NCBI GenBank assembly: GCA_964403505.1
Contig: CAYOFP010000002.1
Location: 3,660-67,659, forward strand
Direction of reading: 5' to 3'
DNA length: 64,000 bases
Origin: an uncultured Lachnospiraceae bacterium
GTDB lineage: Bacteria; Bacillota; Clostridia; Oscillospirales; CAG-272
Shown piece by piece: positions 1 to 8,848 of the stretch (positions within the stretch are counted from its first letter, which is position 1; the number at the start of each line of letters is the position of its first letter). The notes beneath the pieces were generated by a model that saw only the letters and a list, made by a program, of their open reading frames with translations, did no database searches and was not told where the DNA came from. The translations under genes were made by a program, and so were the position numbers.

Positions 1-271
1 CGAGAACGGCTCTTAAGAGGAGCTGTTTTCTTTTTTGTATATTCAACGAAATAAAAAAGTGCGCCAACCGAAGTCAACGCACCGAAAAACGCATCGCTCC
101 AATTGTCGCCAAACAAAATTCAATACCACCACAAGCAGTATAAAAGAGCATCAGCATTTTTACCGATAATAAAAATACTGCTTGGTGCATAAAAATAATA
201 TTGAATTTTGTATGGCAGAAATATTTTACCATATTTTCTCAAAATTTACAATAGTTTTTCACACTTTTGAT

Positions 272-303
272 AAAAAAAGCGGACGCATACAGCGTCCGCT
301 TTT
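272..303 (-). terminator. Rho-independent terminator downstream of the DAHP synthase gene (bidirectional shape)
   Basis: GCGGACGC (279-286) pairs with GCGTCCGC (292-299). It is flanked by an A-run (272-278) and a T-run (300-303). Confidence 0.75.
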
Positions 304-315
304 GGTTTCTTTTCG

Positions 316-1344
316 TTATATCAGATCTGCGATCTCGTAGATGAGCTTTTCTGTCTTTTCCCAACCGATGCACGGGTCGGTGATGGATTTACCGAAGACG
401 CCTTCGCCTATCTTCTGGCATCCGTCCTCGAGGTAGCTTTCTATCATAAAGCCTTTTACCATTTTCTTGACGTCAGCGTTGTGACGTGTCGAGTGTAAGA
501 CCTCTTTGCATATACGGGGCTGCTCGAGCGGCTTCTTGCCCGAGTTTGCGTGGTTGGCATCGACGATCAATGCGATGTTTTCGAGTCCCGCCTTCGTGTA
601 GAAGTCATACAGCATCGTGAGATCCTCGTAGTGATAGTTCGGCAGTGACTGACCGTGCTTATTCACATAACCTCTCAGTATCGCATGTGCGAGGGGGTTT
701 CCGCTCGTTGTTACGTCCCATCCTCTGTATATGAAGTTATGCGAGTGCTGTGCGGCCTTGATTGAGTTTATCATGACCGAGAGGTCGCCGCCTGTCGGGT
801 TTTTCATTCCGACGGGAACGTCAACACCCGAGGATACGAGTCTGTGCTCCTGATTTTCGACAGAGCGTGCGCCGACGGCGATATATGATATCAGGTCGGA
901 GAGGTATCTGTGATTTGCAGGGTAGAGCATTTCGTCCGCAGAGGAAAGACCCGTTTCACGCAGACATCTCGAGTGGAGCTCACGGATCGCAAGGATGCCG
1001 TTGTATACATCGGGCTTTTCCTCGGGGTTCGGCTGGTGGACCATGCCCTTGTAGCCCTCGCCGGTCGTTCTCGGCTTATTTGTATATATTCTCGGTATCA
1101 GTATGAGCTTTTCTGCGACCTTATCCTGAACAGTTTTCAGGCGGTGGATGTATTCCATGACCGGCTCTTCCGCATCGGCAGAGCAGGGACCTATGACGAG
1201 CACGAGCTTGTCGCTCTTTCCCGTGAATACGTCTTTGATTTCTTCATCACGTGCGGCTTTCGCTGCGATATCTTTTTCTGTAAGCGGATACTTTTCCTTC
1301 GTCTCCTTCGGAATAGGCAGCTTACGGGTAAATTCCATTCCCAT
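316..1344 (-). CDS. 3-deoxy-7-phosphoheptulonate (DAHP) synthase, class I, with catalytic motifs intact
   Basis: 342-aa ORF with VIGPCS and NKPRTT motifs typical of class I DAHP synthases. A GGAGAA RBS precedes it. Its start lies 2 nt after the ackA stop. Confidence 0.85.
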   Translation of the reverse strand: MGMEFTRKLPIPKETKEKYPLTEKDIAAKAARDEEIKDVFTGKSDKLVLVIGPCSADAEEPVMEYIHRLKTVQDKVAEKLILIPRIYTNKPRTTGEGYKGMVHQPNPEEKPDVYNGILAIRELHSRCLRETGLSSADEMLYPANHRYLSDLISYIAVGARSVENQEHRLVSSGVDVPVGMKNPTGGDLSVMINSIKAAQHSHNFIYRGWDVTTSGNPLAHAILRGYVNKHGQSLPNYHYEDLTMLYDFYTKAGLENIALIVDANHANSGKKPLEQPRICKEVLHSTRHNADVKKMVKGFMIESYLEDGCQKIGEGVFGKSITDPCIGWEKTEKLIYEIADLI

Positions 1345-1346
1345 TT

Positions 1347-2555
1347 TTATTTCTCCTCTACGATATCTTTTGTATCAGATGCAATCATGAGCTCCTCGTC
1401 GGTCGGTATCACGTAGACCTTGACCTTTGATTTCGGTGTGGAAAGCTCGACGATATTAGACTGACGGAGTATTTTTGCGTTGAGCTCATAGTCGATGTCG
1501 ATACCCATGTATTCCATGTCATGGCATACTCTGTCACGGAGCTCGGGGTTGTTCTCTCCCATACCTGCGGTGAATACGATCGCATCGAGTCCGTTCATTG
1601 CGGCGGCATAAGCGCCGATGTATTTCTTTACCTGGTATGCGAGCATGCTCGCTGTGAGGAGCGCCTGCTTGTCACCCTTGAGTATAGCCGCCTCGATATC
1701 ACGGCTGTCGGACGAGATGCCTGATACACCTGCAAATCCGCACTTTTTATTCATATATTCATTCATTTCCTGCGGTGTCATGCCCTCACGCTCCATGATA
1801 AACGTAACGATCGCAGGGTCGATCGCACCGCACCGTGTACCCATCATCAGACCGTCAAGAGGAGTGAAGCCCATCGTCGTGTCGATGACCTTTCCGTCCT
1901 TGACTGCTGAGATGGATGAGCCGTTACCGATATGGCAGGTGACGATCTTAGTACCCTCTGCTTTACCGCCGAGCAGCTCGATCATCTTCTTTGCGACGAA
2001 GCGGTGAGATGTGCCGTGTGCGCCGTAACGGCGGATGTCGTATTTTTCTGCGATCTCTTTAGAGATAGCGTAAGTATATGCATATTCGGGCATCGTCTGA
2101 TGGAATGCCGTGTCAAATACGAGTACCTGGGGAACACCGGGCATGACCGATGTGCACGCCTCGATCCCCATGATCGCCGGCTTTGTGTGAAGGGGTGCAA
2201 AGTCAACGCATTTTGTGAGCTTTTCCATGACGTCGTCTGTGACGAGACAGCTCTCGAAGAAGTATGGACCGCCGTGCACGACTCTGTGTCCGACTGCACC
2301 GATCTCAGACATATCTGCAATACAAGCGTTTGCAGGTTTGAGGAGCATGTCCACGACTGCTTTCATCGCCTCAGCGTGTGTATTGATCGGGAACTCCTTT
2401 ATATCCTTATCGCCGTTCGGCTTTTTGTGCTCGATGAGGCTTCCGTCTGCTCCGATGCGCTCGCAAATACCCTTGCCGAGGACAGAGCCTGCCTCCATAT
2501 CAAAAAGCTGATATTTCAGAGACGAGCTTCCTGCGTTTACTACCAATACTTTCAT
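1347..2555 (-). CDS. ackA: Acetate kinase
   Basis: 402 aa. The N-terminus MKVLVVNAGSSSLKYQLFDM is the canonical acetate kinase signature. GGAGGAT RBS. Confidence 0.95.
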   Translation of the reverse strand: MKVLVVNAGSSSLKYQLFDMEAGSVLGKGICERIGADGSLIEHKKPNGDKDIKEFPINTHAEAMKAVVDMLLKPANACIADMSEIGAVGHRVVHGGPYFFESCLVTDDVMEKLTKCVDFAPLHTKPAIMGIEACTSVMPGVPQVLVFDTAFHQTMPEYAYTYAISKEIAEKYDIRRYGAHGTSHRFVAKKMIELLGGKAEGTKIVTCHIGNGSSISAVKDGKVIDTTMGFTPLDGLMMGTRCGAIDPAIVTFIMEREGMTPQEMNEYMNKKCGFAGVSGISSDSRDIEAAILKGDKQALLTASMLAYQVKKYIGAYAAAMNGLDAIVFTAGMGENNPELRDRVCHDMEYMGIDIDYELNAKILRQSNIVELSTPKSKVKVYVIPTDEELMIASDTKDIVEEK

Positions 2556-2649
2556 AATTTATCCTCCGAATTTGACTTTTGAAAATTATCATGTTAAAAT
2601 ACATTATACAATAAATATGTTGATTTTTCAAGACCTAAACGGAGGAAAT

Positions 2650-3774
2650 ATGACTGTTGTAGCGGTGATATGCGAATATAATTTGTTTCACTCGGGTCAT
2701 GGCCGCCTTATTTGCGCAATAAAAGAGAAATACGGTGGTGAATGCGCTGTGCTTTCGCTCATGAGCGGCTCGTTTACCCAGCGGGGTGATTTTGCGGCGT
2801 GTGACAAATATATGAGAGCAAAAGCCGCACTTCTCGGCGGAAGCGATGTCACGCTCGAACTTCCTTTGCCGTACTGCTCGTCGGTCGGTGAGGTCTTCGC
2901 ACGTGGGGCGGTCGGGATACTGAATGCGCTTTCCTGTGTTGATGTGCTCGCCTTCGGCAGTGAATGCGGTGATATCTCGCTCCTTTGCGATATGGCAAAA
3001 AATCAGCTTTCTCCGGCTTTTGAGGAGGCAATGAAAGCCGCAATAGAAAGAGGAAACGGCGGTGAATCGTATATCGTCATACGTGAGAGGGTGTACGAGG
3101 CGCTTTTCGGTAAACGGACCCTGCACCCGAATGACACCCTTGCCCTCGAGTATATCATGGCGCTTATGCGCACGAAAAGCAGGATCGTCCCTTTTACGGT
3201 AAAGCGAGAGGGGGAGGAGAGTGCGACAAAGGCAAGAGAGAAGTTTCTGTCGGGTGATTTTGACTCGCTCTCTCTGATTGTGCCGCCCTCTGCGCTTGAG
3301 CTGTACAGGTGCGCCGAGCCGTATTCGGCAGAGTACGCATCCCGTGCCATGCTTTATGCACTGCGGTGCGCCGATCCCGATAGGATAAACGGCTGTTTCG
3401 GTGCGGACGGAGGACTCGGGGCGAGGATCGCCGCTCTCTCACGGGAGTGTGATTCTATCTCCTCGTTGTATGCCGCCTGCGTTACGAAGACATATACAGA
3501 GGCACGGATCAAGCGATGTGTTTTATCCATACTGCTCGGCATAACGGGCGATGATGTGCATACCCTGCCCGAGCGCATACTGATGCTTTCGGCAAACGAA
3601 AAGGGCAGGCAGGTCATCTCACGTGCGAGGGGCGGCGGTATCACGGTGACTACCCGGGGCGCAAAAACCTACGGCAGGCTCGAGAGATGTGCGGACGCTT
3701 TATATACTTTAGGGGCGAAAAATGCAGGGAAATGCGAAAAAATCCTGACACAAAACCCGTATATTGAAAAATAA
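2650..3774 (+). CDS. tmcAL: tRNA(Met) cytidine acetate ligase (UPF0348 / TmcAL-type nucleotidyltransferase)
   Basis: Motifs EYNLFHSGH, MSGSFTQRGD and FGSE. I moved the start to the ATG at 2650, which is preceded by GGAGG at 2641-2645. The upstream part of the ORF track starts at a TTG with no RBS. Confidence 0.8.
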   Translation: MTVVAVICEYNLFHSGHGRLICAIKEKYGGECAVLSLMSGSFTQRGDFAACDKYMRAKAALLGGSDVTLELPLPYCSSVGEVFARGAVGILNALSCVDVLAFGSECGDISLLCDMAKNQLSPAFEEAMKAAIERGNGGESYIVIRERVYEALFGKRTLHPNDTLALEYIMALMRTKSRIVPFTVKREGEESATKAREKFLSGDFDSLSLIVPPSALELYRCAEPYSAEYASRAMLYALRCADPDRINGCFGADGGLGARIAALSRECDSISSLYAACVTKTYTEARIKRCVLSILLGITGDDVHTLPERILMLSANEKGRQVISRARGGGITVTTRGAKTYGRLERCADALYTLGAKNAGKCEKILTQNPYIEK

Positions 3775-3842
3775 CTGTTGCAATATTTTCCGAAATGTAT
3801 TATTATATATAAGATAAATGAAATTTAACGGAGGTGCATGAT

Positions 3843-4163
3843 ATGCCTGAATTTGAAAATAATAAGGGTAGTTACCTGATGTATAAGGGTAAGCCGCTCG
3901 TGCGTGAAAATAACATAATGTGTTACGGCGATGTAAATGATGAATATATTCTCTTTATTATGATACTGTCAAATAAAACCGTAGAAACGCCGGACGGTAA
4001 AAATGAGGAAGTGCCGGATATGGTGCTGGCGCAGGTGCTCGGCCGTGAGCCGGGAAAGCCGGGTCACTCAAAGATCGTTAAGCAGTGGAATAAAAACGGC
4101 CTTTACGACGCACTCGATATCGGGATCATAACGCTCGACAGACTGAACACAAAAGGTGAATAA
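3843..4163 (+). CDS. Hypothetical small protein
   Basis: Intact ORF. The ATG at 3843 lies 8 nt after GGAGG (3830-3834). A strong terminator follows. I recognise no family. Confidence 0.5.
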   Translation: MPEFENNKGSYLMYKGKPLVRENNIMCYGDVNDEYILFIMILSNKTVETPDGKNEEVPDMVLAQVLGREPGKPGHSKIVKQWNKNGLYDALDIGIITLDRLNTKGE

Positions 4164-4168
4164 TCAAA

Positions 4169-4207
4169 ATATACCCGCAAAGCGTTGCTTTGCGGGTATA
4201 TTTTTTT
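4169..4207 (+). terminator. Rho-independent terminator
   Basis: 15-bp stem: ATATACCCGCAAAGC, loop gtt, GCTTTGCGGGTATAT. It is followed by T7. Confidence 0.85.
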
Positions 4208-4217
4208 AAAAAGTTGT

Positions 4218-4242
4218 GAGACTTTTCCTGCTCTTATACGAC
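4218..4242 (+). promoter_or_regulatory. Candidate ECF-type promoter (GAGAC-N16-CGAC) upstream of the ECF sigma gene
   Basis: The spacing and CG-rich -10 resemble AAC-N16/17-CGTC ECF promoters. It lies between the terminator and the RBS of the sigma gene. Confidence 0.3.
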
Positions 4243-4274
4243 TAATAAGTGAAGAAGCGGAAAGGAGGAAGTCA

Positions 4275-4832
4275 ATGGATAACGGTGCAAGTAGCTACCG
4301 CCGTTTTCTTGATGGCGATGACAAGGGAATAGCCGAAATTGTCGGAGATTACAAGGACGGTCTGATTCTTTATCTGAACGGTTATGTAAATAATATTTTT
4401 ACGGCCGAGGAACTGACGGAAGATACTTTTTTTCGGTTAATAACGAAAAAACCGAGATATTCGGGTAAAAGCTCATTCAAATCCTGGTTATATGCGATCG
4501 GGCGAAATGTGGCGATCGATCATATCAGACATAATTCCAGGCTTTTGAGCACTCCGATCGAAGATATGGAGAACTACCTGAGCGAAGAACAGGACCTTGA
4601 GCTATCCTACATAAAGGAAGAGAGAAAAATAATCGTCCACAGGGCGCTTTCCGAGCTTGCCGCCGATTACAGAACGATCCTTTGGCTTGTGTTTTTTGAG
4701 GGGTTTTCCAATAAAGAAGCGGCAATCGCTTTGAAAAAGAATGACCGTCAGATAAAAAATCTCCTTTACCGGGCGAAACAGTCTTTAAAATCAAAATTAG
4801 AGAAGGAGGGCTTTATTTATGAAGAATTGTGA
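4275..4832 (+). CDS. RNA polymerase sigma factor, sigma-70 ECF subfamily
   Basis: Region 2 and region 4 signatures are present (SWLYAIGRNVAIDHIR; NKEAAIALKKNDRQIKNLLYRAKQSL). The ATG at 4275 follows AAAGGAGGAA. Confidence 0.85.
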   Translation: MDNGASSYRRFLDGDDKGIAEIVGDYKDGLILYLNGYVNNIFTAEELTEDTFFRLITKKPRYSGKSSFKSWLYAIGRNVAIDHIRHNSRLLSTPIEDMENYLSEEQDLELSYIKEERKIIVHRALSELAADYRTILWLVFFEGFSNKEAAIALKKNDRQIKNLLYRAKQSLKSKLEKEGFIYEEL

Positions 4833-5664
4833 TGAAATGGTAAATAGCCTGTTGAAACGCAGAGGTCGGTATATGGCCGAGCAAAAAAAGAAAAGAGAGA
4901 TGCTTACCCGTGCAGTAACGTCGGCGTGCTGTGTGTGCCTTGTTGCCCTGTTAGGCATCGGCATGTGGCACGGCGTAATGTCTGAAAGACAGCCGCCCGT
5001 TACTTTGGGTGACTCAACGGTTATTGGTGAAAAGGATTATATTAACCCCGACGAGCTCAACAATGATAAGACACAAGGAAATCAAAGCGGCAAACAAGCG
5101 GAACAGAATAATCGTGATAGCCAAGCTAATAATGATATGACAACAAAGCGTCTTTTTGCTTTGAATGAAATCAGCGGAGCGGCCAATGCGGTGCCGCTAT
5201 ACCGTGATCCTGATTTACATTACAATGAGATATGGGATTTCAATAAGGCAGTCAACTATTTAGGAGTTAATATTCCTGAAGCTGTGAATGCAATTTCTTA
5301 TGAAAACACTTTGAAGTATACGGATACCGATAATTTTACCGTAACATATGAAAATACAGGTACTATTGTTGAGGATAGAATGTGTTATGAGTTTGTCGGA
5401 ACAGATAATGCAAAACTAACTGTTCATGTAAGCAAATTAAGGCCGCCCTGCGACTGCATTTATTCTTCTGATACTGAAAATACGACAACAATTCGTATTC
5501 CCGAAACAGATGAAAGCATTTCTCTTCTGGTATACTCAAAAAACAATACGGAATATGGTTTTTATGTTATCGATTTTGAATACAACGGTGTTTATTACAG
5601 AATTATCGCTGAAAATATCAGTGTACACGATCTTGATGCTCTTGTAAGAGAAATTGTTAATTAA
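4819..5664 (+). CDS. Putative anti-sigma factor / single-pass membrane protein
   Basis: It overlaps the sigma gene by 14 nt, and AGAAGGAGGG lies 8 nt upstream. It has a short basic N-terminus and one TM helix (AVTSACCVCLVALLGIGMW). The role is inferred from synteny only. Confidence 0.55.
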   Translation: MKNCDEMVNSLLKRRGRYMAEQKKKREMLTRAVTSACCVCLVALLGIGMWHGVMSERQPPVTLGDSTVIGEKDYINPDELNNDKTQGNQSGKQAEQNNRDSQANNDMTTKRLFALNEISGAANAVPLYRDPDLHYNEIWDFNKAVNYLGVNIPEAVNAISYENTLKYTDTDNFTVTYENTGTIVEDRMCYEFVGTDNAKLTVHVSKLRPPCDCIYSSDTENTTTIRIPETDESISLLVYSKNNTEYGFYVIDFEYNGVYYRIIAENISVHDLDALVREIVN

Positions 5665-5721
5665 AATATCAGAGTAAGATAAGAAAGTTGTTCTGATTAA
5701 GGTTGTGGATTCCGGTGAGGT

Positions 5722-5758
5722 AACAGGGCGAACCCATGTGGAGGGTTCGCCCTGTTTT
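5722..5758 (+). terminator. Rho-independent terminator
   Basis: 14-bp stem AACAGGGCGAACCC / GGGTTCGCCCTGTT followed by a T-run. Confidence 0.8.
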
Positions 5759-5961
5759 ACGCTCTGCACAAAATTTACCCCGGTAAGTCTAAGGCATTTC
5801 GCCGTATGCGCCCTTGACCCCAGTTGCTTTTTGAAAAAAGCGACGCAAAAACTTCCATATTGTGTGTGCGAAATGCCTTTCCAGCGCAAGACATGTCTTA
5901 CGCCAATAAGAGTTTTGAGGGGTGCAGGGGAACTTTTTCAAAAGTCCCCCTGCAAAATTTA

Positions 5962-7236
5962 TCAAAACATCGTGATATATGCTTCTCTGTCTGCGCCGAC
6001 AGAGACGTATTTGATCGGGCAGTCAACTGCCTTCTCGATATATTTGATATAATCGAGCGCCTCTTTCGGCAGATCCTCGACCTTGCGGCATCCTGAAATG
6101 TCGCAGTTCCAGCCGGGCAGGTACTCATAGACGGGTTTTGCGATATTGAGTGCTTCACCGGAGGGGAAGTCGTGTATGATCTCGCCGTTTACCTCGTATG
6201 CCACGCATACGGGGATGTTTTTGATATCCGAGAGGATATCGAGCTTTGTGAGAGCGAGCTCGTCTGCACCCTGACAGAGAACACCGTATTTCGATGCGAC
6301 GACGTCAAAACCGCCGACTCTTCTCGGTCTGCCGGTTGCGGCGCCGTACTCTCCGCCGGCACGGCGAAGCTCTTCTGCCTCCTCGCCGAACATTTCGACG
6401 GTAAAGGGTCCTTCGCCGACACAGGTCGAATATGCCTTCATAATACCGATGGATTTATCGATCTTGCAGTTTGGGATGCCTGCGCCGATGGGCGCATAGG
6501 CTGCGATAACGCTCGATGAAGATGTATACGGATAGATTCCGAAGTCGATATCACGCAGAGCGCCGAGCTGCGCCTCAAACATGATCTTCTTTCCCTGCTT
6601 GTTTGCCTCATTCAGGTAAACTGTCGTATCGACGATGTAATCCTTGAAAGGAGTGCCGTATTTTTCAAACCATGCGAGCATGTCGTCGAATTTATAAGGC
6701 TCTTGTCCGTAAACGCCCGAGATCGTGAGGTTCTTCCATTCGAGTATGGTCTCGAGGCGTTCTTTTAAGTATTCGGGGTGGAGTAAGTCTCCCATGCGGA
6801 TGCCTTTTTTCATATATTTGTCACCGTAAACAGGCGCAATACCACGGTTGGTCGAGCCGAATTTCTTGTCGGCGAGACGCTGTTCCTCGAGGCGGTCGCA
6901 CGCTACATCGTACGGCGGGCATATGATAGCCTTGTCGCTGATTTTGAGGTTTTCGGGCGTGATCTTTATGCCTGCTTCACGCAGTCTCTCGACCTCACCG
7001 TACAGGTGCTCGATATCGATGACCATACCGTTACCCATGACGCACACCACATCGGGACGCAGGATTCCCGAGGGGAGCAGGTTGAGAATAAACTTTCCGA
7101 GATGATTGATGACTGTGTGACCGGCGTTGTTGCCGCCCTGATAGCGGCAGACGATATCCTGCTCTTCACTGAGCAGGTCGACCATACGGCCCTTGCCTTC
7201 ATCTCCCCAGTTAATGCCCACAATTGCTGTTAACAT
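5962..7236 (-). CDS. purA: Adenylosuccinate synthase
   Basis: 424 aa with NWGDEGKGRMVD P-loop and GGNNAGHT motifs. Confidence 0.95.
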   Translation of the reverse strand: MLTAIVGINWGDEGKGRMVDLLSEEQDIVCRYQGGNNAGHTVINHLGKFILNLLPSGILRPDVVCVMGNGMVIDIEHLYGEVERLREAGIKITPENLKISDKAIICPPYDVACDRLEEQRLADKKFGSTNRGIAPVYGDKYMKKGIRMGDLLHPEYLKERLETILEWKNLTISGVYGQEPYKFDDMLAWFEKYGTPFKDYIVDTTVYLNEANKQGKKIMFEAQLGALRDIDFGIYPYTSSSSVIAAYAPIGAGIPNCKIDKSIGIMKAYSTCVGEGPFTVEMFGEEAEELRRAGGEYGAATGRPRRVGGFDVVASKYGVLCQGADELALTKLDILSDIKNIPVCVAYEVNGEIIHDFPSGEALNIAKPVYEYLPGWNCDISGCRKVEDLPKEALDYIKYIEKAVDCPIKYVSVGADREAYITMF

Positions 7237-7272
7237 TTTTTCCTCCCGTTCCTTTTATAACAAAGGAACTTT

Positions 7273-8193
7273 TTATATATTATTTTTATTATCTGATTGA
7301 ATTTTCGGCGTCAGATCCTTTGATACTACTACTTTTGAGATGAGTATCATGGTGATGATACATATCATATAGCAGAGCGATGTGAATATATATAGCTTTT
7401 GGAACGCCGATGCGGCAGGTATCTGCGCATAGTTTTTCAGCACACCGTCAAGGAGCGAGACGGGATTGCCCGAATTGCCGAGCGTCTCGTAAAAAGCATT
7501 GATCTCAGCAACGACGGCGGTTATGCCCGGTGCTGCCTTGGATGTCAGGCTGAAGAGCAGGTCAGAAATGATCGAATTTGCTGTGCTGAACAGGAAAATA
7601 CCCATGATACTGCCGAGCAGAGGCCGCCCACGGAATATTTTCGCATAAGATATCGCACAGATGACAATGGACAGTGCGCTGATATATTTTATAATAGAGT
7701 AAAAGGCAAATGACAGAAAATAACCGATGTCATTGTATCCCTTGCTCTTGATAATGTTCTGGATATTGATGAGTTCCTCTGCGGTGCTGTCGCTCTCGCT
7801 TACCGATTCTTCCGTTTCGAGCTCGTCAAGGTATTTATCGGCTGAAATAGCCGTTGAGACGACAGACGAAAAGAGAAAGAGAGCAGTAATCGCACAAAGC
7901 AGGAGGTTTGACAGGATTGCGCCGAGGATGGGCACAAGTGGCTTGTTATATGCCGCAATCCCCGATTTGTGTATGGCTTTGTAGTATTTTATTATCATAG
8001 AGACGAATATGCATATGAAGCAGGCGCATCCCGATAAAACCGAGAAACAAAACGCATTGAGCACAAGAGCGCCGATCGGTGCGCCGGAGGCGGCAAATGC
8101 GAGGCATAGGACCGTACATGCGGCGAGCACGATGAAAGGGATCTTCGCTGTTTTTATTGCGCTTTTCAAAAAATCCTTGAAAGAATATTCCAT
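7273..8193 (-). CDS. Hypothetical polytopic membrane protein
   Basis: Multiple hydrophobic helices. I chose the start at MEYSFKDF (8193), which has a GGGAGA RBS 8 nt upstream. No family recognised. Confidence 0.5.
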   Translation of the reverse strand: MEYSFKDFLKSAIKTAKIPFIVLAACTVLCLAFAASGAPIGALVLNAFCFSVLSGCACFICIFVSMIIKYYKAIHKSGIAAYNKPLVPILGAILSNLLLCAITALFLFSSVVSTAISADKYLDELETEESVSESDSTAEELINIQNIIKSKGYNDIGYFLSFAFYSIIKYISALSIVICAISYAKIFRGRPLLGSIMGIFLFSTANSIISDLLFSLTSKAAPGITAVVAEINAFYETLGNSGNPVSLLDGVLKNYAQIPAASAFQKLYIFTSLCYMICIITMILISKVVVSKDLTPKIQSDNKNNI

Positions 8194-8329
8194 ATCGTTT
8201 TCTCCCTTGACAAACATCAATATTATACCAAATATTATACACCGTGTCAATAAACGCAGTATTTATTAACAATATAAACAAGAATAATTTTACGCAAACT
8301 CTTGACTTTTCGGCAAATAGGGATTAAAC

Positions 8330-8353
8330 TATAATTAGTTAGAAAACTAATTA
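8330..8353. promoter_or_regulatory. Palindromic operator candidate (TAATTAGTT-agaa-AACTAATTA) at the marR-ABC promoter
   Basis: Perfect 9-bp inverted repeat with a 4-bp spacer. It starts at the last base of a TTGACT(8302-8307)-17-TAAACT(8325-8330) promoter. The 21-mer TATAATTAGTTAGAAAACTAA recurs at 17080-17100. Confidence 0.6.
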
Positions 8354-8368
8354 AAAGGAGAAACGAAA

Positions 8369-8848
8369 ATGCATCATGATCCAAAGAAAGAAAAAAAGCC
8401 GTTTATGCTGATAAACGAGCTTGCTAAAATATTTCACGCAGAGATGCGGTCTCTCGCCGAGAAGTCGGGACTGAACGAAAGTTACAGACATTTATTGTTC
8501 CATATCGCACATCACGATGGGATCAATCAGCTTGAGCTCGCCCGCAGTACCCGTCTGAAACCGTCCACGATCAGCGTTACCGTGCAAAAGATGGAGGCGG
8601 AGGGCTATCTCGTGCGCCGTCAGGATGAATACGACGCACGTGTTATGCGCCTGTATCTCACGGATAAGGGCAGAGAATTTGATGAGAAATCGTATTCGCT
8701 CGTGCAGAAGATCGATGAGAAAGCGGTGAAGGGATTTACGAATCTGGAGGTAAAGACGCTTTTATCGCTCCTTACCCGTGTAGAGGAAAATCTCGCAGAG
8801 GAGAAGATGGCGCACAGTATGTGTAAGCGGGAAGGGGAGATAGAATGA
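8369..8848 (+). CDS. MarR family transcriptional regulator
   Basis: 159 aa with a winged-helix region (QLELARSTRLKPSTISVTVQKMEAEGYLVRRQD). Its stop overlaps the next start (ATGA). Confidence 0.85.
   Translation: MHHDPKKEKKPFMLINELAKIFHAEMRSLAEKSGLNESYRHLLFHIAHHDGINQLELARSTRLKPSTISVTVQKMEAEGYLVRRQDEYDARVMRLYLTDKGREFDEKSYSLVQKIDEKAVKGFTNLEVKTLLSLLTRVEENLAEEKMAHSMCKREGEIE

Noticed and set aside
60-230. A 37-codon hydrophobic mini-ORF on the minus strand in the first 300 nt of the window.
   Set aside because: It has no RBS and no family resemblance, and the window edge prevents assessing its context.
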